A stretch of DNA of 64,000 bases. Source: Dehalococcoidia bacterium (GTDB lineage: Bacteria; Chloroflexota; Dehalococcoidia; Lucifugimonadales; UBA3495). The stretch covers positions 468,555 to 532,554 of the forward strand of contig OY760687.1 in NCBI GenBank assembly GCA_963663945.1, written 5' to 3'. Both the position numbers and the translations under genes were made by a program. Shown in pieces: positions 1 to 11,400 of the stretch; position 1 is the first letter of the stretch; every line of letters starts with the position of its first letter. The notes under the pieces are model-generated. The model did not search any database, was not told the DNA's origin, and worked only from the letters and a program-made list of their open reading frames with translations.

Positions 1-2266
1 TCGCCCACGACTCCAGGGCGGTCGGCGATATCGGCGACCCACCCGGGCCGATATCGAACCGATGGGTGGCCTCGATGCCAGACAGGTCACCGTCGAACTC
101 GGTCAGGCGGCGCTGGGATCTTTGCCGCGCCAGCCGCACTGCTCGGGCCAGAGGATCCCTCCGGGCGAAGGGATGGTCGCGCAGGTTTTGCCCATGGTTT
201 CGCCATTGCAGCAGCCGATTGAGCCGGTAATCCCGTTCGTCCGCGGGAGCGATCGCGTGGGCATTGGCGAGGGTGCGTTCGGGCGAGTCGTCCGTGGTAA
301 ACCAATCGTGATCACGCAGCCCGGGCACATCACCACTCCTTATCGGAACACCGGCCAACTCCGACGCCTGTTCCAGGAACCAGCGCGACGGGTAGGCCTG
401 CCTTTGCGATGCGGCGTCGGCGACCGGGTACGTGAGAGTGCGACGGGGCGCCGATGCGAGGGCGGCGAGGTACTCGTAGCGTTCTTCCGCCATACGCACG
501 TGGATGCGATCCTGGCCGCCGGCGGCCAGCCAGTCCGGTTCGGTCAACAATGGGTCGCGACGAGGGGACGGGGGAACCGCTCCCTCAATCATGCCGACCA
601 TCCAGACGGCATCGAAGGTCATCCCGGCCGCGCCGGCGAAGGACGAAACGAACACGCCCTCCCCGGTTGGTCCCAGGTGCCCGAAAGGAGCCTGCATCAA
701 CTCCGCAACCATCTGGCGGAACTCGGTCAGGGTGGTGCGGTTATGCACGCTGTCGGCGGCGGCAAATTCATCCAGCAGTCTTTCGATCCGCTGTCGGGCA
801 TCGTCTTCCGGCCCACTCGGGTCGATTGCCAGGTAATGGTCCAACAGGCCTTTGGCCCACGCTGCGAAATCTCTCCAGGAACTGCCATCAGCAGGCGACT
901 CCAGGTCAGCGGCGAGTTTGTCGATAAAGGTTCGGACGTTTTGTGCAACCAACGCTTCGGATCGCATGCCGCGGGCGCGGGACGCGCTGATTTCCCCGTC
1001 CGTCTCCCTCCGGTCAGCATCCGCGGTCAGGCGCTGCGCGTGGGCATCCAGCCGGTCACGCCACTGCTGCCGGCCGCCGACGATGCCAGCTTTCCTGGTG
1101 ACCACGTCCCACAGGCTGGGACTGAAGCCAGACCCCGGACCGACCGGAACGCGCACCGGACAACCGCTCAACCAGGCCATCACCTCGGATCTTGGGAACT
1201 GGCTGCCGCACATCTCCAGAAGGCCGCTCAACGCGCGGCCGGCTCCGGTGTTTGCCAGCGGCTCGCGGTCGGGCCCCGCCATCGGGATGCCGGCCATGCG
1301 CAGTTCGTCGCGGATCAACGAAGCGTACGGATCGGCCATTCGATAGAGGATTGCCATCCGGTGCAGCGTAGTGCGGTTCTCATTGAGTTCCCGGACGATT
1401 TGCCGGATGACCCATCGCAGCTCGTCGTGCGCCGTAGGCGCGACGTGAAGTCGGGCGGAGCCGGCGAGGATAGTGGTGTCTTCGACGGCGGTTGGGGTTG
1501 CGGCTGCCGGTCTCATCTTGCGGCGCAGACCGGCTGCCAATGCGAGGGTCGACTCGTCGGCGATTGCGTCCCCGGTGGCGCCCAGGAGAGCCGCGCATCG
1601 GTGGTGTTCAGTGATGGATTCCATCAACCTGACTTCGCTTGGTGAAAGCCCGTGCGGCAGGTAGAAAATAATCAGTCCCAGATCGCCCAATCCCGGAGCG
1701 GCGCCGGCGTTCACCGTGGCGGTCGCCGCCTCGGCCAGGTCATCGGCGTCGTACCATTCTTCGGCGGTAATCCGGCAAAAACCGTCGTACAGGCGCGCCA
1801 TTTCGCCCGCGACCCCGCCCCGGGCTGCCAGGGCGGATCGCAAGGTATCGTCGGTGCTGCGGAGCTGACGGAACGCGGAGCGGACACTGGATTGAGTGCT
1901 GGGATGCCCGGATACGTTCTGCAGCGGACCGTCGGTTTGGGCCAACACCTGGCGCACCACCAGGTTCTCCAGCACGGCCGTCAGCGGCTTGCGACCCTGT
2001 TGATCCAGCGCGGCCGCGCCGAGCAGTTCCGACAGGAAGGACACCGGCATGAAACGAACGTTGGCAAACCCGCTGCGTCCCAACTCTTGGCGCAAGGACA
2101 AGCCGGCGTACTGCGAAGGCGTGACCACGGTCACGGGAGCCAGCACATCGTCTCGTTTCTCTTCTGCGATGAGCCGCCAAAGTTCGTCGGACAAATGGGG
2201 AGACAGTCTTGCCACGAAAAGGCGTGACCGGTCGGGGTTTCCAGATTGATTCATGCGGTTGTCCAT
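1..2266 (-). CDS. AddB/RecB-like PD-(D/E)XK nuclease family helicase-nuclease subunit (N-terminal ~755 aa; 3' end lies beyond the window edge)
   Basis: Not in the ORF track because it has no stop inside the window. Manual translation of the minus strand from ATG 2266..2264, with an in-frame TGA 5 codons upstream, gives MDNRMNQSGNPDRSRLFVARLSPHLSDELWRLIAEEKRDDVLAPVTVVTPSQYAGLSLRQELG... The frame stays open to nt 2 and ends ...GPGGSPISPTALESWA. That ending resembles the 'SPSxLExxxxCP' entry into AddB-type nuclease domains. The track ORFs 62..1645(+) and 1740..2306(-) are other-frame artefacts. Confidence 0.6.
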   Translation of the reverse strand, partial: MDNRMNQSGNPDRSRLFVARLSPHLSDELWRLIAEEKRDDVLAPVTVVTPSQYAGLSLRQELGRSGFANVRFMPVSFLSELLGAAALDQQGRKPLTAVLENLVVRQVLAQTDGPLQNVSGHPSTQSSVRSAFRQLRSTDDTLRSALAARGGVAGEMARLYDGFCRITAEEWYDADDLAEAATATVNAGAAPGLGDLGLIIFYLPHGLSPSEVRLMESITEHHRCAALLGATGDAIADESTLALAAGLRRKMRPAAATPTAVEDTTILAGSARLHVAPTAHDELRWVIRQIVRELNENRTTLHRMAILYRMADPYASLIRDELRMAGIPMAGPDREPLANTGAGRALSGLLEMCGSQFPRSEVMAWLSGCPVRVPVGPGSGFSPSLWDVVTRKAGIVGGRQQWRDRLDAHAQRLTADADRRETDGEISASRARGMRSEALVAQNVRTFIDKLAADLESPADGSSWRDFAAWAKGLLDHYLAIDPSGPEDDARQRIERLLDEFAAADSVHNRTTLTEFRQMVAELMQAPFGHLGPTGEGVFVSSFAGAAGMTFDAVWMVGMIEGAVPPSPRRDPLLTEPDWLAAGGQDRIHVRMAEERYEYLAALASAPRRTLTYPVADAASQRQAYPSRWFLEQASELAGVPIRSGDVPGLRDHDWFTTDDSPERTLANAHAIAPADERDYRLNRLLQWRNHGQNLRDHPFARRDPLARAVRLARQRSQRRLTEFDGDLSGIEATHRFDIGPGGSPISPTALESWA

Positions 2267-2939
2267 GAGGGCTGGAGATCAGGGAAGGAGTAACAAGATA
2301 CAGCATCGAACGACGCCGGCAAACGCCGGCATCCGCGGCGGGGCAGCAACGTTTACCCCGGATATTAGCTCAATTGGTATTCGTACAGATTTCCCAACTC
2401 GGGCCGGCAACGAGTAGTGGTCCGCGAACTTCTCGCGCCGCCAGTCGGGCGCACGCCGGCCTGATGCTTACGAGCGCCGGGACCGTTGCGAGACGCGGCG
2501 CTCCTGCCCGCAATGCGGAGCCGCGCTAGATTATCGGCAGGTGCGATGGGCACGAAGTCCAGGCCCAAACGCCGTCGCGGAAAAGCGAAGTAAATACCGA
2601 ACATGCGTAGCCGTCGGTTCCAGTGGCGGCGGTCAGACTGCGACACGCGCGTCCTGCAGTCATACCACGGCGTCGATGGGGGTGTGCAGCGAGGTCATGG
2701 CGCCGGCATCCGATGTTCGCGGGATGCCGCTGGCCGTCCCTACGTATTAGGACGCCGTCGTGTGGTCTGCCCCCAATGGTTGTGCCGCGCTCTATCTTCG
2801 ATACGCCGACCAGTTCCGAGGGGCTCCTCGGGCAGGACGCTGTCCGGCGCCGGAGGAACGTGGAGCAGTTCACGGTGTCGTTGGCTGTGCCGAGCGAAGT
2901 TTCAGCGGACCTGACAAGCCGCCCTTTCCATCCAAGGCA

Positions 2940-3004
2940 GTCATTGCGGCGAAAGCCGAAATCCACAACCCTGTGGTTTGGATTTCGGCCTGCGCCGGGA
3001 TGAC
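2940..3004. repeat. REP/MITE-like long palindromic element ('gtcattgcggcgaaagccgaaatcc ... ggatttcggcctgcgccgggatgac')
   Basis: The 25-nt arms (2940..2964 and 2980..3004) are near-perfect reverse complements, and the centre (ccacaacc ctgt ggtttgg) extends the stem. It lies 45 nt 3' of the minus-strand thiolase gene. Junk ORFs across it read MDFGFRRND / MDFGLRRDD, the usual translation of this widespread repeat class. Confidence 0.6.
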
Positions 3005-3048
3005 GTGGTTACGGGCGTCCCCGAGTCTTCACTGCCTGACCGGGATTA

Positions 3049-4365
3049 TCACGAAGGGTACTTGCCCAGCATCAACCAGCCACCGCTGCTGGGCGTGGTG
3101 AAGGCGCACAGGGCGGTCTCGGCCCGCACGGTCACCTGGCGGTCTCCAGCCGTGCCCCGCAGTTGCTCGATGCTGTCGGTGTACATGGCGGTGCGGGTGC
3201 GCCCGTTGCCCAGGTTGCCGCCGCTGGAGCTGAAGGGATGGGGTCCCTTGACGCTGATGTCCCCGGCGTAGAAAGACAGGGCTTCACCCCGTTTGACTCC
3301 GTGCCACTGGAAGCCTTCCAGGAAGAACTGGGTCATTATGGAGTAGCCGTCGTAGGGGTTGAAGATGTCCACGTCGGCGGGGCCGAGGCCGGCGCCCTCG
3401 TACATGCGGGCGGCCTGCCGATCAGTCCACATCTCCACTTCGTCCAGGTCGGGCTGGGTGGTTCGGAACGCGAAGTTGTGCTGGGAATGGTTGAGCACGT
3501 ACACGGGCTGAGATTTCATGTCCTGCGCCCGCTCGGAGGTGGTGAACAGGTAGGCCGCGGAGGCGTTGACGGGACGGTCGCAGTCCCAGATGCGGAGGGG
3601 ATTCAAGATTGGCCGGGAGCCGATGTAGTCTTCCACCGATATGGGTTGGATGTTGTGGGTGGCGTTGTACCCCCACGGGGTGAGCATCCCGTTCTTGTGC
3701 TGGTTGCGGACAAAGTGGACCAGGTCCTCATGTTCGCCACCGTACTTCATCAGGTACTGACGATGGGGAAAGATGTTGATGAAGTCGTTGCCGCCGTGGT
3801 TGCCCCACGGCACGGTCCACTGGCGCGCGCCCCGGGCGTAGTCGTCGGCATTCTCGCCGCCGCGACGGTACCGGCCTTCCATGTTGCCGGTCGGATAGAT
3901 GACCAGGCAGGTGGAGCAGACGCCGTCGCCCACGGCCTGGGAGGCCATGCCCACCATCTCGCCGATGGTCGGCACGCCGGTGGGGGCAAATTTGACGTTT
4001 TTGAAGCCCATGGTGTTGATGAGCCACTGGGCGTTGATCAGAGTCAGGCCGAACTCGGAGTCGTAAGGTGGGTCGAAGTAGGGCCGGGGCGCCCACTGGG
4101 AGGCGGTCCCACCGCTACCGCCGGCGATGTGGCTGTCACAACAGACGATGCCGTCCACCTGGTCGATGGTGACGCCGGCCTGCTCCATGGCCTTTTCGCA
4201 GGCCATGATGGTGTAAGCGCCCAGAGAGGCATCCAGGTTCGTCTCATCCCACCGCCGGTCCACCGGAGAATGGCCGTAACCGACGACGGCCACCTTGCCT
4301 CGGTGTTCCCACACGCCCAACCCGTCCCGGTCCCGGCGCCACTGGAAGTCATTGCTGCTGGTCAT
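3049..4365 (-). CDS. thiolase-like (SCP-x type) protein, partner of the DUF35 OB-fold protein
   Basis: 438-aa ORF: KVAVVGYGHSPVDRRW..., C-terminal ...FSSSGGNLGNGRTRTAMY.. It sits 52 nt downstream of a DUF35 gene, the classic pairing. Confidence 0.8.
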   Translation of the reverse strand: MTSSNDFQWRRDRDGLGVWEHRGKVAVVGYGHSPVDRRWDETNLDASLGAYTIMACEKAMEQAGVTIDQVDGIVCCDSHIAGGSGGTASQWAPRPYFDPPYDSEFGLTLINAQWLINTMGFKNVKFAPTGVPTIGEMVGMASQAVGDGVCSTCLVIYPTGNMEGRYRRGGENADDYARGARQWTVPWGNHGGNDFINIFPHRQYLMKYGGEHEDLVHFVRNQHKNGMLTPWGYNATHNIQPISVEDYIGSRPILNPLRIWDCDRPVNASAAYLFTTSERAQDMKSQPVYVLNHSQHNFAFRTTQPDLDEVEMWTDRQAARMYEGAGLGPADVDIFNPYDGYSIMTQFFLEGFQWHGVKRGEALSFYAGDISVKGPHPFSSSGGNLGNGRTRTAMYTDSIEQLRGTAGDRQVTVRAETALCAFTTPSSGGWLMLGKYPS

Positions 4366-4417
4366 AGTCTGTTCCTTTATCGCTTATCCACGAATCGGCG
4401 CGAGTCTTCGGCGATGG

Positions 4418-4828
4418 TTATTCCACCACCCGCCACTCGTGTATCAACTGGCCAGGGGCCACTTCCTCGAAGGTAACCTCCACCGCCGCGCCCACAGGTA
4501 CCTCGTAGGCCGGGACGCCCGGCAGGTTGGAGTAAAAGTTCACCATAGGGTCCTGGTCCAGCGTCACCAGAGCAAGGTTGTAGGGCTGGTCCGGCATCCG
4601 GCGGTTGAGGCGGCCGTCCTCGATGACGATGTAGGCGGCGATGTGGCCGTTGCCCGCCACGTCTGTCCATTCCAGCCCGTCGGCGGAGCGGCATACCTGG
4701 CAGGTTGCCTGTGGCGGGTACTGGAGCTTGTCGCAGGCGGTACAGTTCTGGATCATCAGGCGCCGTTCGTTCACCGCGTCCCAGAAGGGCTGGCTGAGTT
4801 CATCGGGCACCGGGATTACCTTGGGCAT
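4418..4828 (-). CDS. Zn-ribbon/OB-fold protein (DUF35 family)
   Basis: 136 aa. Has a CxxC...CxxC rubredoxin-like knuckle (NCTACDKLQYPPQATCQVC) followed by an OB-fold-like segment, and lies directly upstream of the thiolase-like gene. Confidence 0.8.
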   Translation of the reverse strand: MPKVIPVPDELSQPFWDAVNERRLMIQNCTACDKLQYPPQATCQVCRSADGLEWTDVAGNGHIAAYIVIEDGRLNRRMPDQPYNLALVTLDQDPMVNFYSNLPGVPAYEVPVGAAVEVTFEEVAPGQLIHEWRVVE

Positions 4829-5291
4829 TGCTTGTCTCCAACAAATTGTTACGCGACTGGATTACAGAACCGGGTATGCCGTCGGCTGCGGCTCATCTCA
4901 TGCTCCCGGGCAGGAAGCGCACTGGTTCGGATCAGCATGTCGTGCGGATGCCGTGCGCGCCGCCAACGCAGGGTCGGGAATCGGAGTCGTCAAACCTGAG
5001 CATGGATTGAAATGCAGTGTAGGTATGCAAATCGGTCAAGGGGCAATAAAAATGTCCGCCGAGCCAAGCGTCAAGCTGACAAAATTGGTTCCAGAACCTT
5101 TCTTCAGTACATGCCCCGGTTAACCGTTCATTGAAGTGGGGACACTTTTAGATGCAAGCGCTGGCTGATTACTACCGGTCAATCATTGGCCTGCACTGCT
5201 GACAGCGCCTGGCTGCATTGGTTACTCCTGAGCGGATTTGCGTGTTCGCCATTCTACCCGCAAAACGCGGCTTCATCCACATGGAACATAC

Positions 5292-5331
5292 CGCCGATCC
5301 GGAAGCATGGGAGAAGGCTTCCGGATCGGCG
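5292..5331 (-). terminator. strong hairpin ~100 nt downstream of the giant gene stop (possible terminator)
   Basis: Perfect 15-bp stem cgccgatccggaagc (5292..5306) / gcttccggatcggcg (5317..5331) with a 10-nt loop. No clear U-tract follows on the minus strand. Confidence 0.4.
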
Positions 5332-5428
5332 CCGCGTGCTTAGCAACAATCCCAGTCCCGGGAAACGGAAGCGTATGAACGCCGTCGTACTTGTCCCACC
5401 ACCGATAGATGGTTGGTTCAGGCCTGCG

Positions 5429-8400
5429 TCAGTCGGTCACGTTCACCACAGTGACCTCCACCTCCAGGCGGCGGACGTTGCCGTTCTCATCGCTGGCCAC
5501 CACCGTGACCTCGTACACGTTGTCGCGGCCGGAGTCGGCGGGCTCCTCGTAGTCGGGCACGTTGCGGAAGGTGAGGATCCCGTCCTCGCTGATCTCAAAG
5601 GCGTTGGCGTCGTTGCCCGACAGCGCCCAGGTGATGTCGCTGCCCTCCGGATCGGTGGCCCGGTAGGTGTAGAGGGCAGCGGCGCCGTTCTCGTGGTAGG
5701 AGAAGGTGTCCTGGCTGTTGGTGCGGAACTCCGGCGCCTCGTCAACCGCTTCCACGGTCACCACCACATCAAAGCTCCCGTAGTAGCGGCCGTCGGAGGG
5801 GCGTACGGTGACCTCGTAGATGCTGTCGCGGTCGGAATCGGCGGGACGCTCGTGGTCCGGCGGGTAGCGGAAGGAGAGTTCCCCGTCCTCGGTGATGGTG
5901 AAGTCGCCGCCGTCCCGTCCGGACACGGTCCAGCGGGTGATCTCCAGGGTGGGTATCTCGGGGTCGCGGGCGGTGTAGGTGTACAAAGGCTCGTCGTGAT
6001 TCTCCTGCACGGTGATTTCGTCGCAGTCCTCAAATTCAACGTCCAATACGGTGTCAGATTCGGTTTCCGTGCAGCCGATGATCTCCGGCCCCTCGTTCAC
6101 GTCGGTTAACGTCACGGTGACATCGAGGCGGGCGGTGTTCGAACTTGCGTCCGTCGCTTCCACCGTCACCTGGTAGTCGTTGTCCTGGTCGAAATCGGCT
6201 TCCGCGTCAAAGTCCGGCGGTTCCGCGAAGGTCAGCGCTCCGCGTTCGCTGATTTCAAACTTGCTCACGTCGTTTCCCGACACCGACCACGTAACTGCGG
6301 CTCCCTCGGGGTCGGTGGCCGAGTAGGTGTAGAGGGACGATGTGCCGTTCTCCCGGTAGGTGAATGTGTCGCGGCTGCCGGACCGGAATTCGGGGGCCTC
6401 GTCCACCGCCTGGACAGTGACCACCACCTCGTAGTAGCCGTACACGGCACCGTCGGAGGCGCGCACGGTTACTTCGTAGACGTTGTCGCGGTTGGAGTCG
6501 GCGGGACGCTCGTGGTTGGGCGAGTAGCGGAAGGTGAGTTGCCCGTCGGAGTCGATGGTGAAGTCTCCGCCGTCCCGGCCGCTGGTGCTCCAGCGGGTGA
6601 TGTTGGCGCCGGTGTCCTCCGGATCGATGCCGGTGTAGGTGGCCAGCACCCGGTCGGTCGCCGTGTTCTCGTCAAAGGTCAGGCTCTGTGCGCCCGAGAT
6701 GTCCGGTCCCTCGTTGACCGCGGTGATGGTGATGGTCGCGTCCAGGATGCCCTCGTTGGACCCGTCTGAGGCCACGACCGTGATTTCGTACACGTTGTCG
6801 GAGTTGGAATCGGCGGGACGTTCGTAGTCCGGTGGGTTTCTGAATGTCAGTTGGCCGTCCGGGTTGATGGCGAAGTCGTTGCCGTCCGTGCCTCTGACCG
6901 ACCAGGTGATTACGGTACCCAGGTCCATGTCGGTGACCCGATAGGTGTACAGAGTGGACGCGGTGTTTTCGCGGAAGGTGAGGGTGCTACTACCGGTGAC
7001 AACCGGAGCCGACTCGTTCTGGTCCGTGACCGTTACCGTGACCTCCAGGGACCCGTAGTAGCGGCTGTCGGAGACCTGCACCGTCACCAGGTACTCGTTG
7101 TCGCGGTTGGAGTCGGCGGGGCGGTCGTAGTCCGGCGTGTTGCGGAAGGAGAGCACGCCATCCTGGCTGATGGTGAAGTCGCCGCCGTCGGTCCCGGACG
7201 TTCGCCAGTTGGTCACCGTGATGCTCGGGTCTTCCGGGTCGGTCGCGGTGAAGGCCGCGCCGCTGAGTTCCTGGCCCTCGAGCACGGTGTAGTTGGTCCT
7301 GCCGGAAATTTCCGGCCCCTCGTCCACTGCAGTCACGGTGACCGTGACGTCCAGGCTCGATGAGCGGCCGCCGATGTCCGTCGCCACCACGGTCAGGTTG
7401 TACTCGTTGTCACGACCCGAGTCGTCGGGATCTTCGTAGTCCGGCGGACTGAGGAATACGAGGCCGTCGCGGTCGTTGAACGCAAAGAGATGACCGTCGG
7501 TTCCTCCGGTGGTCCAGGTGATCACGTCGTCCTTGTCCTGGTCCGTGGCGCGGTAGGTGTAGAGGACCGAGGTACCTTCCTCCCGGTAGCTGAAGGACGC
7601 GCGGCTGCCGCTGCTGATGACCGGATCGTGCTCGTTCACGTTGCTGACCGTGATTGTGACGTCCAGGCTGCCGTAGGTGCGCCCATCGTAGGCCCGCACT
7701 GTGATCCGGTACTCGTTGTCACGGTTGGAGTCGGCCGGCCGGTCGTAATCCGGCGTGTTGCGGAAGGTGAGCGCCCCGTTTTCATCAATCAGGAAGTCTC
7801 CCCCGTCGCTGCCGGAGAGGGACCAGCGGGTGATGGGCTGGCCTTCAGGGTCGATGGCGGAGTAGGTGGCCAGTACCAGGGTCGAGTCGCGGTTCTCCTG
7901 TACGTCGATGGTTTGCCGACCCGTTACCAACGCTCCCTCGTTCTGGTCGGTGACGGTGACGGTCACCGGCAGTTCGCCGATATTGAAATTGGCGTCGCGG
8001 GCCTGCACCGTGACGAGGTACTCGTTGCCGTCCGCGCCGGAACCGGCGGGGAGGTCAAAGTTCGGCGGCGACGCGAAGGTCAGCACGCCCCGGCCGCTGC
8101 TGTCCGTGGTGATGGTGAAGTCGCTGGCGTCCGGCCCGCCCAGGCGCCAGGTGAAGTCGTCGTCCTCCGGGTCGGTGGCCCGGTAGGTGTAGAGGTGCGT
8201 GGTGACCGGCGTATTCTCCCGGAAACTCAGACTGTCCTGTCCGGTGATCTCCGGCCCCTCGTTCACCGCCAGCACCGTCACCGTCACGTCGAAGGTTCCG
8301 TAGTTCCGGCCGTCATAGGCGCGGACGGTCACCTCGTAGACGTTGTCCCGGTTGTAGTCCGCCGGGCGCTCGTAGTTCGGCAGGTAACGGAAGGTCAGCG

Positions 8401-11400
8401 TTCCCGTCTCCCGGTCGATGGTGAAGTCGCCGCCGTCCCGGCCCGTGACGCTCCAGGTGATGGTGGTGGCCACGCCGCCAATCGCCTCGGGATCCCGGGC
8501 GGTGTAGGTGGTACTGGACCCTGCCTGATTGTCACCCAATGCCTGGTTCTCGCTGACGGTGAAGGCGGAAGTGCCCGACACCACCGGCCCCTCGTTCAGC
8601 GCGGTGACGGTCACCGTTACAGCCAGGGTGCCCTGCAGGCCTGCCGCGTCGGTGGCCACCACCTCCAGGTTGTAGATGTTGTCCCGATCACTATCTGCCG
8701 GGTTCTCGTAGTCCGGCGCGATGGCGAAGGCCAGCAGTCCCCGGCCGCTGCTGTCGCGGGTGATGACAAAGTCCCCGCCATCCGTACCACCCGTTGACCA
8801 GGCGATGGTGTCGCCCAGGTCGGAATCGGTGGCTCGGTAGGTGTAGATGGTGGAGACGGTGTTCTCCTGAACGGTGCGGGCCGTGCTGCCGGTGACCACC
8901 GGCGCGCCCTCGTTGATATTGGTGACCGTCACCACCACGTTCAGGTAGCCGTAGGCCCGGCTGTCGTGGCCCCGGATCGTGAGTTCGTAGACGTTGTCCC
9001 GGTCCGAGTCCGCCGGCCGGTCGTAGTCCGGCGTGTACCGGAAGGACAGCGCCCCGCTGTAACGGTTGATGACGAAGTCGCCGCCGTCCCGTCCGGAGAG
9101 CGACCACTGCGGATAGACCCGGCGTCCGTCCTTGGCGTCGGTGCCGGTGTAGGTCCCCAGCGCCTGAGTGATGTCATAGTTCTCCTCCACTGTGAAGGAT
9201 GTGGTTCCCGCGATCAACGGGCCCTCGGACTGGTCGGTGATGGCGATGGTGGCCGGGACGGTGTCCCGCAGGCCCCGGTTATCGGCGGCCACCACCATGA
9301 TCTCGTAAACGTTGTCGCGGTCGGCGTCCACCGGGATCTCCAGGTCCGGCAGCCGGCGGAAGGTCAGCATCCCGTTGTAGATGGCGAAGTCGCCACCGTC
9401 CGTGCCCTCCACCGACCACCGGATTACGTCGCCAACGTCCTGGTCAGTGGCCCGGTAGGTGTAGACAGTGGACGTCGAGTTCTCCCGGATGGTGAACTCG
9501 GTGCGGCTGGTGGTGGTGATCACCGGCGCTTCATTCACCTCCGTCACGGTGACCAGCAGCGGCTCTTCCACCATGCCGTAGACCCGGCCGTCGTAGGCGC
9601 GCACCGTCACCTCGTAGGTGTTGTCGCGGTCGGCGTCGGCCGGGCGCTCGTAGTCCGGCGAGTTGCGGAACCGCAGTTCGCCCAGGGCGCTGACCACGAA
9701 GTCGCCGGCGTCCCGTCCGGTGGCGCTCCACTGGTAGATACCGGCCGTGGGGTTTTCCGGGTCCCGCGCCGTGTACCGGGCCAGGACCGCGGTGTCGGCG
9801 TAGTTTTCCGGCACGCTGGTGGTGGCTGCTCCCGCCAGCGTTATAACCGGACCCTCGTTGACGTCGGTGACGGTGATGATGAAGGACACCAGGTCGCGGT
9901 TGCCGTCAGCGTCGGTGGCCGCCACCGTCAGTTCGTAGTTGTTGTCCCGGTCCGCATCAACCGGATTCTCAAAGTCGGGCGGAGTGACGAAGGTCAGCAC
10001 CCCCCGGCCGCTGCTGTCCGCGGCGATGGTGAAGTCCAGAGCGTCGGCGCCCTGCAGGGACCAGCCGATGGTCTGCCGCTGCGGGTCGCTGGCGGAGAAG
10101 GTGTAGACCGTGGTGGTACGGTTTTCCTGGTAGGTGGACGGCGGGCGCCGCGTGCTGATGGTGGGCTCCACGCCCTCGTTGTGGTTGGTCACCGTGAGGG
10201 TGAAGGACACCCGGTCGCTGTAACCCTCCTCGTCCGTGGCCACCACCGTCAGCTCGTAGACGTTATCCCGGTCGGCGTCGGCGGGGTTCTCGAAGTCCGG
10301 CGTGCTGTTGAAGGTCAGCGCGCCCGCCTCGCTGATGCTGAAATCGCCGGCGTCGATCCCGGTCAGCGACCATGCGATCACGCCGCGCTGGGGGTCGCTG
10401 GCCCGGAAGGTGTACACCGTGGTCGTGCGGTTCTCCTGGTACGTCGGCGGCGGACGCCGCGTGCTGATGGTGGGCTGGACGCCCTCGTTGTGGTTGGTGA
10501 CCGTGACCGTGACCTCGAGTGTGGCGCTGTTGAACTCGGGGTCACGGGCCTCGATGGTGACGTCGTAGATGTTGTCCTGGTCGGCATCGGCGGGGCTCTC
10601 AAAGTCCGGCGTGCTGGTCTCCGCGAAGGAGAACCGGCCCTGCTCGTCGATCGCGAAGTGCCGGCCGTCGGCTCCGCCGGGCGTCCACGTCACCGCCCCT
10701 CCCTCCGGGTCGGTCGCCCGGAAGGTGTGCAGTGAGTAGACCCGGTTTTCCTGCTGGCTGAAAGTCGTCCGACTGGTGGTGGTGATCACCGGCGCCTCGT
10801 TGACATCCGTCACCGTCACCACCTGCACCTCTTCCAGCGTCCCCGTGTTCCGACCGTCCGACGCCCGGATCTCCACCTCGTAGACGTTGTCCCGGTTGGA
10901 GTCCGCCGGCCGCTCGTAGTCTGGCGCGTTCCGGAACCGCAGCTCGCCCAGCGCGTTCATCACGAAGTCTCCGCCGTCGCGTCCCGACGGGCTCCACTGC
11001 GTGATCCGCACGCCCGGCCGCTCCGGGTCCGCAGCCGTGTAGGTGGCCAGCACTTCGGTTGTAGGATGGTTCTCCGGCACGCTGCCCGGAGGACTGCCGG
11101 ACAGGCTACCCTGGCGTGTGATCACCGGCCCCTCGTTCACTTCGGTGACCAGCACCGTCACCGTCAGGCTGCCGGTGTTCGCCTCAGGGTCCTGGGCCTG
11201 GATGGTCACGTTGTAGACATTGTTGCCTCCTGCGTCTCCGGGGGCGTCAAAGTCCGGCGGACGGTCCTCCCGGAAGGAGAATTGCCCTCGCTCATCTATG
11301 GTGAAATGGCTGCTGTCCGCGCCGCCCACCGACCAGCTGACTGTCCCGCCCTCCGGATCCGTGGCGCTGTAGGTGTACAGCCGGGTGGCCCGGTTCTCGG

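Noticed and set aside
62-1645. 527-aa plus-strand ORF, the longest in the track for this region
   Set aside because: Arg/Gly/Pro-rich low-complexity translation lying exactly antisense to a coherent AddB-like reading frame. This is the typical stop-depleted antisense ORF of high-G+C DNA.
2366-2379. tRNA-like D-arm string 'tagctcaattggta'
   Set aside because: No complementary 'gagc' closing the D-stem, and no acceptor stem, anticodon arm or T-arm (GTTCGAATC-like) nearby. Not a tRNA.
3163-4476. 437-aa plus-strand ORF overlapping the thiolase and DUF35 genes
   Set aside because: Antisense to two genes with clear family signatures. Its translation is a repetitive G/V/A/H-rich string with no motifs.
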